NCBI GenBank assembly: GCA_030619825.1
Contig: JAUXAS010000021.1
Coordinates: 1-12,668 of the forward strand
DNA: 12,668 nt
Direction: 5' to 3'
Source of the DNA: Hadesarchaea archaeon
GTDB lineage: Archaea > Hadarchaeota > Hadarchaeia > Hadarchaeales > Hadarchaeaceae
The notes beneath the pieces are model-generated. The model was not told where the DNA came from. It ran no database searches and was given only the letters and a program-made list of their open reading frames with translations. Below, piece after piece: positions 1-8,610 of the stretch; positions within the stretch are counted from its first letter, which is position 1, and each line of letters starts with the position of its first letter. The translations under genes were made by a program, and so were the position numbers.

Positions 1-23
1 GAATTTTCTCCCTCGCGATCGCA

Positions 24-956
24 CTAGTCACTTGTGGCCCTCCCTGAAATTTCGAGCATGCGTTCAGTGGCCGCACGCGCTCGAGCTGCTATCTCCGGCG
101 GCACGTGTACCACATGTTTTATATCGCGCAGGGCGAGGTAAAGCTTTTCAAGGGTGTGCAGCTTCATCTGTTCGCACACGGCAGTTTCGAGCGCGGGGAT
201 AAACTCTTTATCAGGGAATTCCCGCTTCATCCGCTCAACTAACCCGACCTCGGTGGCGATGATGAATCGCTTGGCCGGCGAGGCCTTGGCGCGGAGCAAC
301 ATCTGGCTCGTGCTGCAGATGTGGGTGGCGAGTTGCTGAACCTCGGGGTCGCACTCAGGGTGCACGAGCACCTCGGCATCGGGGTAGCGCTCCTTCAGCA
401 GCATGATGTCGGCAGGGGAGAACATCCGGTGCACGTAGCAGTAGCCGCGGTCGGGGAGCGGGATTATCTGCTTGTCGCTGCGCCGCTGCACGAACCAAGC
501 TAGATTTCGGTCAGGGCCAAAGAGAATTTTTTTCTCCTCCAAAGCGTTGACCACGAGCGGGGCGTTTGCTGAAGTGCACGTTACATCGGCCTCAGCCCTC
601 GCTTCGGCCAGTGTGTTAACGTAGAGCACCACCGCGGCGTCCGGGTGTTTCTGTTTGGCCTCGCGCACGAGCTCGGCGGGGAGCTGGGCGGCCATCGGGC
701 ACTTGGCTTCAGGATCCGGGATGATCACGGTTTTATCGGGGTTCAGTAGCACTGCGGTCTGGGCCATAAAGTCGACTCCACATAACACGATGACATTTTC
801 CTTGACCTTCGCCGAGTACCTCGCGAGGTCGAGTGAGTCCCCTATGTAATCGGCGAGGAGCTGGATCTCCTCCTGTTGGTAGTTATGGGCTAATATGACT
901 GCATTTTGATCATCCTTCAGCTTCAGGATGGTTTCTTTCAGTTGTTCGGGCTTCAT
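24..956 (-). CDS. nadA: Quinolinate synthase A ([4Fe-4S] enzyme)
   Basis: N-terminal ILAHNYQ and GDSL motifs, CGVDFMA, YVNT and HPEC; three Fe-S Cys (KCPMA, YCYVH, VCEQMK). The ATG at 956 is preferred over the TTG at 962 because GAGGG lies just upstream. Confidence 0.96.
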   Translation of the reverse strand: MKPEQLKETILKLKDDQNAVILAHNYQQEEIQLLADYIGDSLDLARYSAKVKENVIVLCGVDFMAQTAVLLNPDKTVIIPDPEAKCPMAAQLPAELVREAKQKHPDAAVVLYVNTLAEARAEADVTCTSANAPLVVNALEEKKILFGPDRNLAWFVQRRSDKQIIPLPDRGYCYVHRMFSPADIMLLKERYPDAEVLVHPECDPEVQQLATHICSTSQMLLRAKASPAKRFIIATEVGLVERMKREFPDKEFIPALETAVCEQMKLHTLEKLYLALRDIKHVVHVPPEIAARARAATERMLEISGRATSD

Positions 957-998
957 GTTCAACCCTCAAAAGTAGGCGAGGTTTGTGAGTTATAAAAT

Positions 999-1826
999 CT
1001 ATGTTCCTATTCGAATGCTCTCGCTCAAATTTCGAAGCGTTCGGATGGCCGAGAGCGCCGCCAGATAGCTCGTCTTGGGGTCATCGGGGAACGGTACATT
1101 TTTCATTTTGATAACGAACTCACCCGCCTTGCCTCGGACGCGGATTTCGTGTACGTTGTGGCTGAGCTTCGGGTCGGCGATGACGCGAACCCTTGTCTTG
1201 TCGAGCCCTATGCCAGCTAGGCTCAGGGTTGCGGCCACGTTCACACTCCGGGGAAATGCCTTGGCCGCTTTTCGAGCGGGCCCATCGAACACCATGCGGG
1301 CCTTTTTCAACCCCCTCAATTTTATGCCGCTTTTTTTGAGGTATGTGCTGTAAGCCAAAGCCGCAGGGGGCTTCCGTGTGGTCAGCGTGACCTCCTCGAT
1401 TTCCCCAAGGTCGGCCGCCTTTACGCCATCGATACCGAGAATCGCTCCAGAGGGGATGTAAATTTTGTGACCGCTTAGGCCGGCAGCGCTCCGCACACTT
1501 TTCAACAGCATCTCGTCCGCGAATGCACCCACACTCATCACCATGATATCTTTACCCGAGCGAAGGACATCGGTCGAGCACTGCTCTACCGCCAGCTGGG
1601 AGGCTGCCTCGATGACCATGCCCACGGTTTTGTCGGCGTAGATTTCTGCCATGCTCTTCGCTATTCGCGGTTTTGAGCGAAGCTTTTTTGCCAGCGCTTC
1701 GAATTTTTCTGGTTTTAAATCGTAAAGCCACACGAGTTCAGCTCTGCCGGCCCTACCCTTATCGATAGCTTGAGCCAGCGCCGTTCCTATCGCGCCGCAA
1801 CCAATGAGGGCGACTTTTAACCCCAT
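999..1826 (-). CDS. nadX: L-aspartate dehydrogenase
   Basis: Rossmann GCGAIG; EAAS, SVGAF, PSGAILGID, TTRKPP, FPRSVNVAA, HEI and PKTSYLAA motifs; adjacent to nadA. The ATG at 1826 is the likely start (the ORF track opens at TTG 1856). Confidence 0.93.
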   Translation of the reverse strand: MGLKVALIGCGAIGTALAQAIDKGRAGRAELVWLYDLKPEKFEALAKKLRSKPRIAKSMAEIYADKTVGMVIEAASQLAVEQCSTDVLRSGKDIMVMSVGAFADEMLLKSVRSAAGLSGHKIYIPSGAILGIDGVKAADLGEIEEVTLTTRKPPAALAYSTYLKKSGIKLRGLKKARMVFDGPARKAAKAFPRSVNVAATLSLAGIGLDKTRVRVIADPKLSHNVHEIRVRGKAGEFVIKMKNVPFPDDPKTSYLAALSAIRTLRNLSESIRIGT

Positions 1827-1999
1827 CGAAGACCCTTTAAAATTACCAACAGCCAACCGTTTAATCCTTAGGATGCAGTGGGCTGATTCCCTGCTCCATC
1901 GTCTTTATTTATGGCTCAACATTCCGCTTCAACATCCCAACTACAACGCGGCCAATCAAAAACCTCTGAACCCGTTGCGACCTGAAGTAATCCAGCAAG

Positions 2000-2013
2000 G
2001 GAAACTTTTTATA
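2000..2013 (+). promoter_or_regulatory. Putative archaeal BRE/TATA promoter for the abrB-RND unit
   Basis: GGAAAC-TTTTTATA located about 40 nt upstream of the SD-like AGGTGG (2051-2056). Confidence 0.5.
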
Positions 2014-2084
2014 CTTGTATAACATGTCAAATAAGTAAGAAATGATAAAAAGGTGGTCAGATAAAAAAGAAAGAAGTTGAGTGC

Positions 2085-2300
2085 ATGTTCTACGGCTCCG
2101 CCACCGTTGGAACGAAAGGGCAGATAGTAATACCTGCCAAGTTAAGGAAAGATTCCAATATTAAGCCCGGCGACACGTTGATATTCATCTGCAAGTCAGG
2201 ACGGGAAGGATTTGGGGTAATGAAACCGGAAGGGCTGTTACGTTTGCAGAAAGAGTTCGAAAGCTTGCAGAAGCAATTAGTCGGAAAAATTAAAAGATAG
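2085..2300 (+). CDS. AbrB/MazE/SpoVT-family DNA-binding protein
   Basis: TVGTKGQIVIPAKLRK...IKPGD swapped-hairpin signature; 71 aa. It may start at the in-frame ATA at 2061. Confidence 0.9.
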   Translation: MFYGSATVGTKGQIVIPAKLRKDSNIKPGDTLIFICKSGREGFGVMKPEGLLRLQKEFESLQKQLVGKIKR

Positions 2301-2380
2301 CTGAAACTCGAGTATGATCTATCCTGCGAGCCCTAAACGAAAGTTCGGAGATTTGACTGCGGTAGCATGGGGATATCTCA

Positions 2381-4699
2381 ATGATGGATAAAATAGCGAG
2401 AGCATGTGAAAAACGCCCGTTTGTTGTGATAGGTGTAATAGCCCTCATCACGGTCTTGATGCTTACCGGGATCCCAAAGATTACCACGGAAACCGAGATG
2501 AGAACATTCCTGCCCAAGGGATATCCATCTATCGAAGCCACGCTGGAGATTGAAAATAAGTTCGGCGGGATGCAGTACGAGTTTATTTTAATCAAATCCC
2601 AAAAAGTGACGAACGCAAACGTTGTAAGATCGTTGCTCGACCTGCAGCAAAAACTTGTCACAGAACCTACATTGGAAAACTATGTCATGGAGGTCGGGAG
2701 CTATTTGGATTTTCTGCTTCCATACATAATGGTGGACAGCCAGTTATTGCAGGATAACCAACTTGAGCTCACCATACAATCGCTCCTAGCGCAACCCCAA
2801 ATCAAAAACATGGTAGAAAATAAATCGATAACCCATGACCAAAAAATCTGTCTATTAAGTATAAGAGTGAATTCCAATCTAAAACAAAGTGAAGCAAGTG
2901 AAAAAACCGGGTATTTCGAAGATTTTGTGAAAAGTTATGCTTCCGAAAGCGGTGCTTTTGACGCTTCGATCACTGGTGGATACTCCATTTCTAGAGACAT
3001 GCAAAAAATGGTTGGTGGAGAAAGCTATATTTTGTTGCTAGCAGCGGTGATCTTTATTATCGTCGTTCTTGCTCTAGCTTTTCGCCACGCCAGTGATGTT
3101 GTGTCACCATTTGTGGTCATTGGATTGGCGATGGTTTGGGTAATGGGCATAATGGGTCATTTTGGCATTTCGTTCTCTACCGTGGCCGTCGCGATCTTGC
3201 CCCTTCTGCTGGGTATAACTATTGATTATGCTATCCATATGATCTATCGTTACAAAGAGGAAAGATCCAAGGGCTATGATGCGGGCAAGTCTGCAGTTTC
3301 GAGCATCAAAACCACGGGCACCGCAGTATTCCTCACAGCTGCGACGACGATGATAGGTTTTGGCGCGTGGTTGACTTCGGATCTTCCTCCTCTACGCGAT
3401 TTTGGTTTCCTTTCCATGTTGGGGATATTCCTCAGCTTTGTCTTTGTCGTGACTTTGTTGCCAGCATTTTGGGTCATTCGTGACAGGAAGAAAGGCACAG
3501 AAAGAGCCGCCAAAGTGCCAGGGTATGGGGCATCAAAAAAAGCCAAGTCGGCCATTGACCGAGGATTAATAAAAATAGCGATGGGGGCTGTACATCACTC
3601 GGGAAAGGTGGCAATAACTGCGGGGATAATCACCGTTATTGCCATACTGCTTGCAACTCAGACAACCACTGCCATATCGTTTGAAGAGTTCATGCCCGCG
3701 GGTGTTGAATCAGTTGAGACCAGTAATGAGATCGAAGAATACTTCGGCGGACAGGACCCTTCAAGTGCCGTTATGGTCCTCGTGGAAGGCGATATAACTG
3801 ACCCAGCTACCCTCGGAGCAATGATCCAGCTTGAACAGCAAACACTCTCCGATACTAGAAACACCAATATAACGAGTTCCTACAGCATTGCCGACTTAAT
3901 ACTGGTAACAAATAACGGGTCCCTGCCGGAGAACTCAGAAAACGCCAAAGCGATTCTTGGAATTCTCCGCCAGCAAATGCCTGAGAGAACCGATGTTTTA
4001 ATAACCTCTGACAACGGGGCGGCCACAATAATGTTTATGGGAACCGCTGAGACGGATGCCGATTTGAAACTAATAGCGGACATAGTCAGGACCAATGTCG
4101 ATCAAGTAGCCCCAAACACCCAAGCGGAATTTGCAGTTGGGGGTATGCCAGCAATTGCCGCTGACCTGCTGGGCAAAATATCAGAAAGCGCCATAACGAC
4201 AACCCTAATAGCATTTGTCCTATGTGCCTTGGTTTTATGCTTCATCTTCAGAAGCCCGGTACTTGGCCTTATTACCATGATTCCCGTTACCCTCGCATTA
4301 ATTTGGGAATTCGGCGCGCTTTATGTATTTGGCATCCCCCTAAACATAATGACGGTATTGATCTCAGCGCTCCTCATCGGAATCGGCATCGACTTTTCGA
4401 TCCACATCACCCATCGATATATGGAAGAGTGGAAAGACCGCCTACGCAAACCCGAAGAGTCTGTGGGTACATCGGTATTTCACGTTGGGAGGGCGATATT
4501 GGTGGCGGCTGCGAGCACTTGCGGTGCTTTCGGTATAATAATGCTCTCAGGGATGCCGATGTTAGGGATATTCGGCGGCATAATGGCATTGGTAATCCTA
4601 CTCTGCATGCTCGCCGCACTATTTGTCCTGCCATCTATACTCGTTGCGTACGCAAGACGAGCAGGACGGAAAAGATCGGTGTTGGGGCCCTCATTTTAG
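2381..4699 (+). CDS. RND-superfamily (MMPL/HAE3-like) membrane transporter
   Basis: 772 aa with two homologous halves, each with 1 TM, a large extracellular loop and 5 TM. Both halves carry a GxxxD motif (GITIDYAIH, GIGIDFSIH). Confidence 0.92.
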   Translation: MMDKIARACEKRPFVVIGVIALITVLMLTGIPKITTETEMRTFLPKGYPSIEATLEIENKFGGMQYEFILIKSQKVTNANVVRSLLDLQQKLVTEPTLENYVMEVGSYLDFLLPYIMVDSQLLQDNQLELTIQSLLAQPQIKNMVENKSITHDQKICLLSIRVNSNLKQSEASEKTGYFEDFVKSYASESGAFDASITGGYSISRDMQKMVGGESYILLLAAVIFIIVVLALAFRHASDVVSPFVVIGLAMVWVMGIMGHFGISFSTVAVAILPLLLGITIDYAIHMIYRYKEERSKGYDAGKSAVSSIKTTGTAVFLTAATTMIGFGAWLTSDLPPLRDFGFLSMLGIFLSFVFVVTLLPAFWVIRDRKKGTERAAKVPGYGASKKAKSAIDRGLIKIAMGAVHHSGKVAITAGIITVIAILLATQTTTAISFEEFMPAGVESVETSNEIEEYFGGQDPSSAVMVLVEGDITDPATLGAMIQLEQQTLSDTRNTNITSSYSIADLILVTNNGSLPENSENAKAILGILRQQMPERTDVLITSDNGAATIMFMGTAETDADLKLIADIVRTNVDQVAPNTQAEFAVGGMPAIAADLLGKISESAITTTLIAFVLCALVLCFIFRSPVLGLITMIPVTLALIWEFGALYVFGIPLNIMTVLISALLIGIGIDFSIHITHRYMEEWKDRLRKPEESVGTSVFHVGRAILVAAASTCGAFGIIMLSGMPMLGIFGGIMALVILLCMLAALFVLPSILVAYARRAGRKRSVLGPSF

Positions 4700-4826
4700 G
4701 CAAGGTTCGGTAATTTACAAATCCTCTTCCACTGTCATCCTGACTAAAGGGAAAATCATCCGAGAAACCGATTAGGCTAGAAATGTAACAAAAAATGCTC
4801 AAATTCTTATTTTATAGAAAGTTGAG

Positions 4827-4921
4827 TGGTGGGGCCGCCGGAATTTGAATCCGGGTCACCAGCACCCCATTCCAGCGCTCGCGCGAAGCTGGGAGGCTAG
4901 ACCAAGCTACCCCACGGCCCC
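4827..4921 (-). tRNA. tRNA-Pro(GGG) with a 17-nt intron at position 32/33 (intron 4870-4886); CCA encoded
   Basis: Acceptor GGGGCCG/CGGCCCC-A-CCA, T arm CCGGA-TTCAAAT-TCCGG, anticodon stem CCAGC/GCTGG. A complete bulge-helix-bulge fold yields the mature loop TT-GGG-GT. Confidence 0.92.
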
Positions 4922-4943
4922 ACAGAGATTATCGCACGAGGCT

Positions 4944-6233
4944 TTATTTGGGCTTAGTGTAGCCCCACTTCTCGAGGGCGCCCCTGAGCTCCTTTCTCTT
5001 TTTGGCGTACTCATCGAGCGGAATTCCTTTCAGGGCAGCATCGATTGCCTGTCGAACCGCTGAAGCTCCAGCTCGTCCCCCTTGAGGATGCCCCCAGATG
5101 CCACCCCCAACTTGGATGACGGTGTCTTTTCCTAGCATGTCGATGATCTCGGGTATCAAACCAGGGTGCAGCCCGCCCGAGGTGACGGGGAAAACTGGCT
5201 TGATCCCATCCCACCCCTGGGCGAGGATGTGTTTTTTTCCCTTGATGTTTCGGCCCGTGATCGCCTCCTGCAGCGCCAGAACCTCCTCCCGCGGCGTCTC
5301 GAGCTTCCCTATCGCGGTGCCGATGTGGAGCTGGTCGACGCCAATCAAGCGGGCGACCTTCGCGACGGCCAGCATAGACATCCCATGCTCCCGCTTTCGG
5401 GTGAAGGCGGCGTGGAACGCGCGGTGAGCGTGAATCGCGAGTCCCAAGTCTTCGCACTCCTCGCGCAGCGATTGAATCTTCGCCCACCCCACAGTCAGGA
5501 TGTCGACCATCACGTACTCGCCACCTCGCTCCTTCACGAATTTCGCACGGCGGAGCATTTCCCGCGTCTCGGCTGTCACGTTGATCAAGTAGCTCTTTCG
5601 TTTCCCTGTCTCTCGCTCGGCTCGGTCCCGTAGCTTAAGCGACCGCGCCACCCTCCGCTCGAATTGGTTGAACTGCTGCCCGGAGAGGTTCTCGTCATCC
5701 TTGAGCAGATCGATGCCACCAACCCAGGCCTCGTAGCCAGCTTGGGCGTGCTCTTCGCTGCTCATCCCGACCTTAGGTTTCATCACGGTTGCGGTCAGCG
5801 GCCTATCCCTCACCTTGAAGAGCTTTCTGATGCCATCGATGCCAAACTGGGGGCCCCTAAATGATTTGATAAGCTTGGGTGACCACCGCACATCCTCAAG
5901 CCTGAGATTTTTTACTGCCTTCATCCCGAAGATATTGCCCGCGATCGAGCTGAGCACTTGGGGCATGTTTCCCGCCTCGAAGAGGTCAAAGGGGTAGGCC
6001 ACCCTCACCCATCGCCCTTTCATTTCGTAGGCCTTCGCCATGAGTCGCCGCTTTTCGGGCGTCATCGTCGTAAGGGTGGTCCAGGTGCCGATCGAGCTCT
6101 CCGAGGCCACGCGCCCCACGGCTTCTCGCATACTAATGCCGCTCGCAGGCTCAATTCTGAACAGGACGATCAAGTCCTCGCGCGTGGGCCTGTAGCTCGG
6201 GTCTACGAAATCTAAATACCATTCGGTCTTCAT
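4944..6233 (-). CDS. rbcL: Form III ribulose-1,5-bisphosphate carboxylase/oxygenase
   Basis: Catalytic set intact: ESSIGTW, GNIFG, KPKVG, GIDLLKDDE, HAHRAFH, loop-6 GTAIGKLE, SGGLHPG, GGGIWGHP. No small subunit nearby. The ATG at 6233 is likely (alternative GTG at 6251). Confidence 0.94.
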   Translation of the reverse strand: MKTEWYLDFVDPSYRPTREDLIVLFRIEPASGISMREAVGRVASESSIGTWTTLTTMTPEKRRLMAKAYEMKGRWVRVAYPFDLFEAGNMPQVLSSIAGNIFGMKAVKNLRLEDVRWSPKLIKSFRGPQFGIDGIRKLFKVRDRPLTATVMKPKVGMSSEEHAQAGYEAWVGGIDLLKDDENLSGQQFNQFERRVARSLKLRDRAERETGKRKSYLINVTAETREMLRRAKFVKERGGEYVMVDILTVGWAKIQSLREECEDLGLAIHAHRAFHAAFTRKREHGMSMLAVAKVARLIGVDQLHIGTAIGKLETPREEVLALQEAITGRNIKGKKHILAQGWDGIKPVFPVTSGGLHPGLIPEIIDMLGKDTVIQVGGGIWGHPQGGRAGASAVRQAIDAALKGIPLDEYAKKRKELRGALEKWGYTKPK

Positions 6234-6277
6234 GCTCTCGGACCAATTCACAATGGCTCTTCAAGTAAAAATACACG

Positions 6278-6469
6278 CTAGCGCTTAAATTTCGCTATTT
6301 CTTCGGTCAGGTCTACGCTCGTGATTATCGTGCTCCTGCAGCAGTAGCGCTTGACCCCCAACTCGTCGAGCACGCGTTTAGGCTCCTGACCCCTTTTTAC
6401 GCGCTGCTCGAACTCCTCGTACTTGTCGCCCAACAGCTTGCCGCAAGTTATACAACGAACCACCCGCAC
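6278..6469 (-). CDS. rpoN: DNA-directed RNA polymerase subunit N (Rpo10)
   Basis: VRCITCGK...LDELGVKRYCCR Zn-binding motifs. GTG start at 6469 follows SD AGGTGA, which overlaps the rps9 stop; 63 aa. Confidence 0.93.
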   Translation of the reverse strand: MRVVRCITCGKLLGDKYEEFEQRVKRGQEPKRVLDELGVKRYCCRSTIITSVDLTEEIAKFKR

Positions 6470-6473
6470 GTGA

Positions 6474-6875
6474 TCACCTATACGATTTTTGGTAACGGGC
6501 CCTAGCCCCGGGACCCCCGGGCTTCTTGGGCTCCTTGAAGCGCACATCGCTCTTTACCAAAGTCCAGTCGTGCTGCTTGAAAAGCTCTCGCACCTTGGGG
6601 TCACCCGACCACTTGATGAGCCCCCGAGCGATGGCCGTGCGAACGGCATCCGCCTGCCCCATGAAACCCCCGCCCTCGACGTTTACCTCAATATCGACGC
6701 GGCGCGCGAGGTCTGGCACCAAGGTCAAGGGCTCTAAAATTTTGAGTCGCGCGAGTTCCGGCTCGTAAACCTTGAGCGCGCGGCGGTTGATGAACACTCT
6801 CCCCTGACCATCCTTCACCGTGGCCCTAGCGAGCGCGGTCTTGCGTCTGCCGGTTGCGAGTACGGGCTTCTTCAG
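6474..6875 (-). CDS. rps9: 30S ribosomal protein S9 (uS9), probable CTG start
   Basis: GGGFMGQADAVRTAIARG and C-terminal EPKKPGGPGARARYQKSYR. The conserved N-terminal GRRKTALARA lies upstream of the ORF-track GTG (6818), and the frame extends to a CTG at 6875 that overlaps the rpl13 TGA. Confidence 0.93.
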   Translation of the reverse strand: MKKPVLATGRRKTALARATVKDGQGRVFINRRALKVYEPELARLKILEPLTLVPDLARRVDIEVNVEGGGFMGQADAVRTAIARGLIKWSGDPKVRELFKQHDWTLVKSDVRFKEPKKPGGPGARARYQKSYR

Positions 6876-7306
6876 AACTTCGCCCCCAAGTGTTTGCTTA
6901 TGTCTCCTATCCTCATAAAGCGTCGTGTGCCCAGCCGTTCAAGGCTAGCTTCGGGAAGGGTTTGCATCTTCTTACCGACGAACTCAGGGGGGACTCCTAT
7001 ATGGACGCGCAATCGATCGTAGGCTCCCCGCCCGCGAGGCTTATCGAATGGTAGCATCCCCCTGACCGTCCGGCGTACGAGCTCTTCGGGGCGCTTGAGG
7101 TGGAACGGCCCCTTTCGGGGATTGGTTAGGTTTCTGATTTCGAGCCAAGCGTCGTAAGCGTCAAAGGTAGCTTTTTTTCTACCGGAAATCACTATCTGCT
7201 CTGCGTTCACCACGGTCACGCGCTCGCCCTCAAGCAAGCGTTTCGCCGCGAAGCTCGCGAGCCTCCCCAAGACCAGATCTTTCCCGTCGATAATCATGTT
7301 CCTCAC
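6872..7306 (-). CDS. rpl13: 50S ribosomal protein L13 (uL13)
   Basis: IIDGKDLVLGRLAS, VVNAEQIVISG, GPFHLKRP and VRGMLP motifs; GTGA overlap with the rpl18e stop. Confidence 0.96.
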   Translation of the reverse strand: MRNMIIDGKDLVLGRLASFAAKRLLEGERVTVVNAEQIVISGRKKATFDAYDAWLEIRNLTNPRKGPFHLKRPEELVRRTVRGMLPFDKPRGRGAYDRLRVHIGVPPEFVGKKMQTLPEASLERLGTRRFMRIGDISKHLGAKF

Positions 7307-7668
7307 TCCATCAGTTTGACTCCCTTGCCGCTCGGGTTTTGCTCGAACAACTGCTGGATTGTCAACGCGTTTCCGCCAGCGCCCACGATTTTTCGTCTAG
7401 CGGCACCCGAGAACTTGAAAGCAGCGATAGATACCGCGTGGTCTAGCTTGCCTGCTGCCAAGACCTTGCCGGGCACGATGATGGTGCTCCCCTCGCCCGA
7501 GTAGCGGTTCAGATGGCTAAGGTTGACTTCGGCCCGACTCCTTCTGGGCCGCTCGAGTCGCTCCGCTAGGTCGAGCCAGAGTTTTACCCCCTGCTTCTTG
7601 CCCCTTGCGCGAAGCTCTCGCACGAGCATCCGCAGCACGGGGTTCGTTGGTCCTGTCGGTCTTGGCAT
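7303..7668 (-). CDS. rpl18e: 50S ribosomal protein L18e (eL18)
   Basis: TNPVL, RPRRSRAEVNLSHL and VPGKVL motifs; SD AGGTG upstream; conserved position before rpl13. Confidence 0.95.
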   Translation of the reverse strand: MPRPTGPTNPVLRMLVRELRARGKKQGVKLWLDLAERLERPRRSRAEVNLSHLNRYSGEGSTIIVPGKVLAAGKLDHAVSIAAFKFSGAARRKIVGAGGNALTIQQLFEQNPSGKGVKLME

Positions 7669-7715
7669 CTCGACACCTTAACGGTCGACACACTTTCTAG
7701 CTTTCTTAGGATAAA

Positions 7716-7785
7716 ACCTATGGTGGCGCGGTATTAGGAGTTTGTACTTGGATTTGTACCCTCCAGAATACTTCCGGAAGAATCT
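7716..7785. repeat. Junction repeat 1: short tRNA-end remnant, hairpin GTATTAGGAG...CTCCAGAATAC and palindrome CTTCCGGAAG
   Basis: 7728-7744 is identical to 8698-8714 (17 bp); 7732-7785 aligns with 12477-12530 over about 54 bp with scattered mismatches. Confidence 0.8.
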
Positions 7786-7800
7786 GGTTAATTTCTCTTT

Positions 7801-8559
7801 TCACGATTTATGTGCTTTTACTTTTACACTTGTAATTTTTCCAACCAATGTGTCATCTAGTCCTGGTTCATAAAATGTGTTCTGAGAAACAATATTGACA
7901 TCTCTAAATCCTGCTCTTTTTATCGTATCTAAATACTCTTTTTTCTCTAACGCTCCGGCGATGCATCCAGCCCAGGCCTCAAAGTTCTTTCTAATGTCTT
8001 CTGGTAATTCACCTTCTGTAACTAAATCGGAAATCAAAATTCTTCCACCCGGTCTTAAAACTCTGTATGCTTCTTGATATGTCCGTAATTTATCTGGAGA
8101 AAGATTGATGATGCAGTTGCTAATAATTACATCAACCGAATTATCTTCAAGAGGCAAATTTTCAATTTCTCCAAGCCTAAATTCTACATTTTTATATCTA
8201 TTCTTTGCTGTTTCATTGGCTCTTTTAACCATTTCTTCCGACATATCAATTCCAATAACGTGGCCCTCTGATCCTACTTTATTTGCAGCCAAAAATACAT
8301 CAATTCCTGCACCTGCTCCCAGATCCAAGACTGTTTCTCCTTTTTTCAAGTCCGCTAATGCTGTTGGGTTGCCACACCCCAAACCCATGATAGCAGATTC
8401 TGGAATGTTCCCAAGTTCATCTTCAGAATAACCAATATTTTTCGCTTGTTCCATTACATCAATTCCACATGGGCCACAAGTAGGACAACAACTGGTATCT
8501 TCTTTAGCTATTTTTGAATATCTTTCCATTACAATTTTTTTAATTTTTTCTTCCTGCAT
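7801..8559 (-). CDS. arsM: Arsenite S-adenosylmethionine methyltransferase
   Basis: N-terminal SCCPTCGPCG, LGCGNP, SAM motif VLDLGAGAGID, ISNCIINL and WAGCIAGA, so the conserved As-binding Cys are present; SD GAGG. Confidence 0.92.
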   Translation of the reverse strand: MQEEKIKKIVMERYSKIAKEDTSCCPTCGPCGIDVMEQAKNIGYSEDELGNIPESAIMGLGCGNPTALADLKKGETVLDLGAGAGIDVFLAANKVGSEGHVIGIDMSEEMVKRANETAKNRYKNVEFRLGEIENLPLEDNSVDVIISNCIINLSPDKLRTYQEAYRVLRPGGRILISDLVTEGELPEDIRKNFEAWAGCIAGALEKKEYLDTIKRAGFRDVNIVSQNTFYEPGLDDTLVGKITSVKVKAHKS

Positions 8560-8610
8560 TTTTTAACCTCTATCTTTTCCTTTCAGATATATGTGCGCCA
8601 GCCATTTTTG

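Noticed and set aside
2085..2300. Type II toxin-antitoxin locus
   Set aside because: No PIN, MazF or RelE-like toxin ORF adjacent.
4827..4921. tRNA-Ala(CGC) call
   Set aside because: BHB geometry places the intron at 32/33, and the body sequence and position after rpoN fit tRNA-Pro.
4944..6233. RuBisCO-like protein (form IV), or evidence for a Calvin cycle
   Set aside because: The catalytic motifs are those of a true RuBisCO. With no rbcS or prk in the window, autotrophy cannot be claimed.
24..6233. Functional link between nadA/nadX and RuBisCO
   Set aside because: They are separated by an oppositely oriented unit and a tRNA; proximity alone is not evidence.
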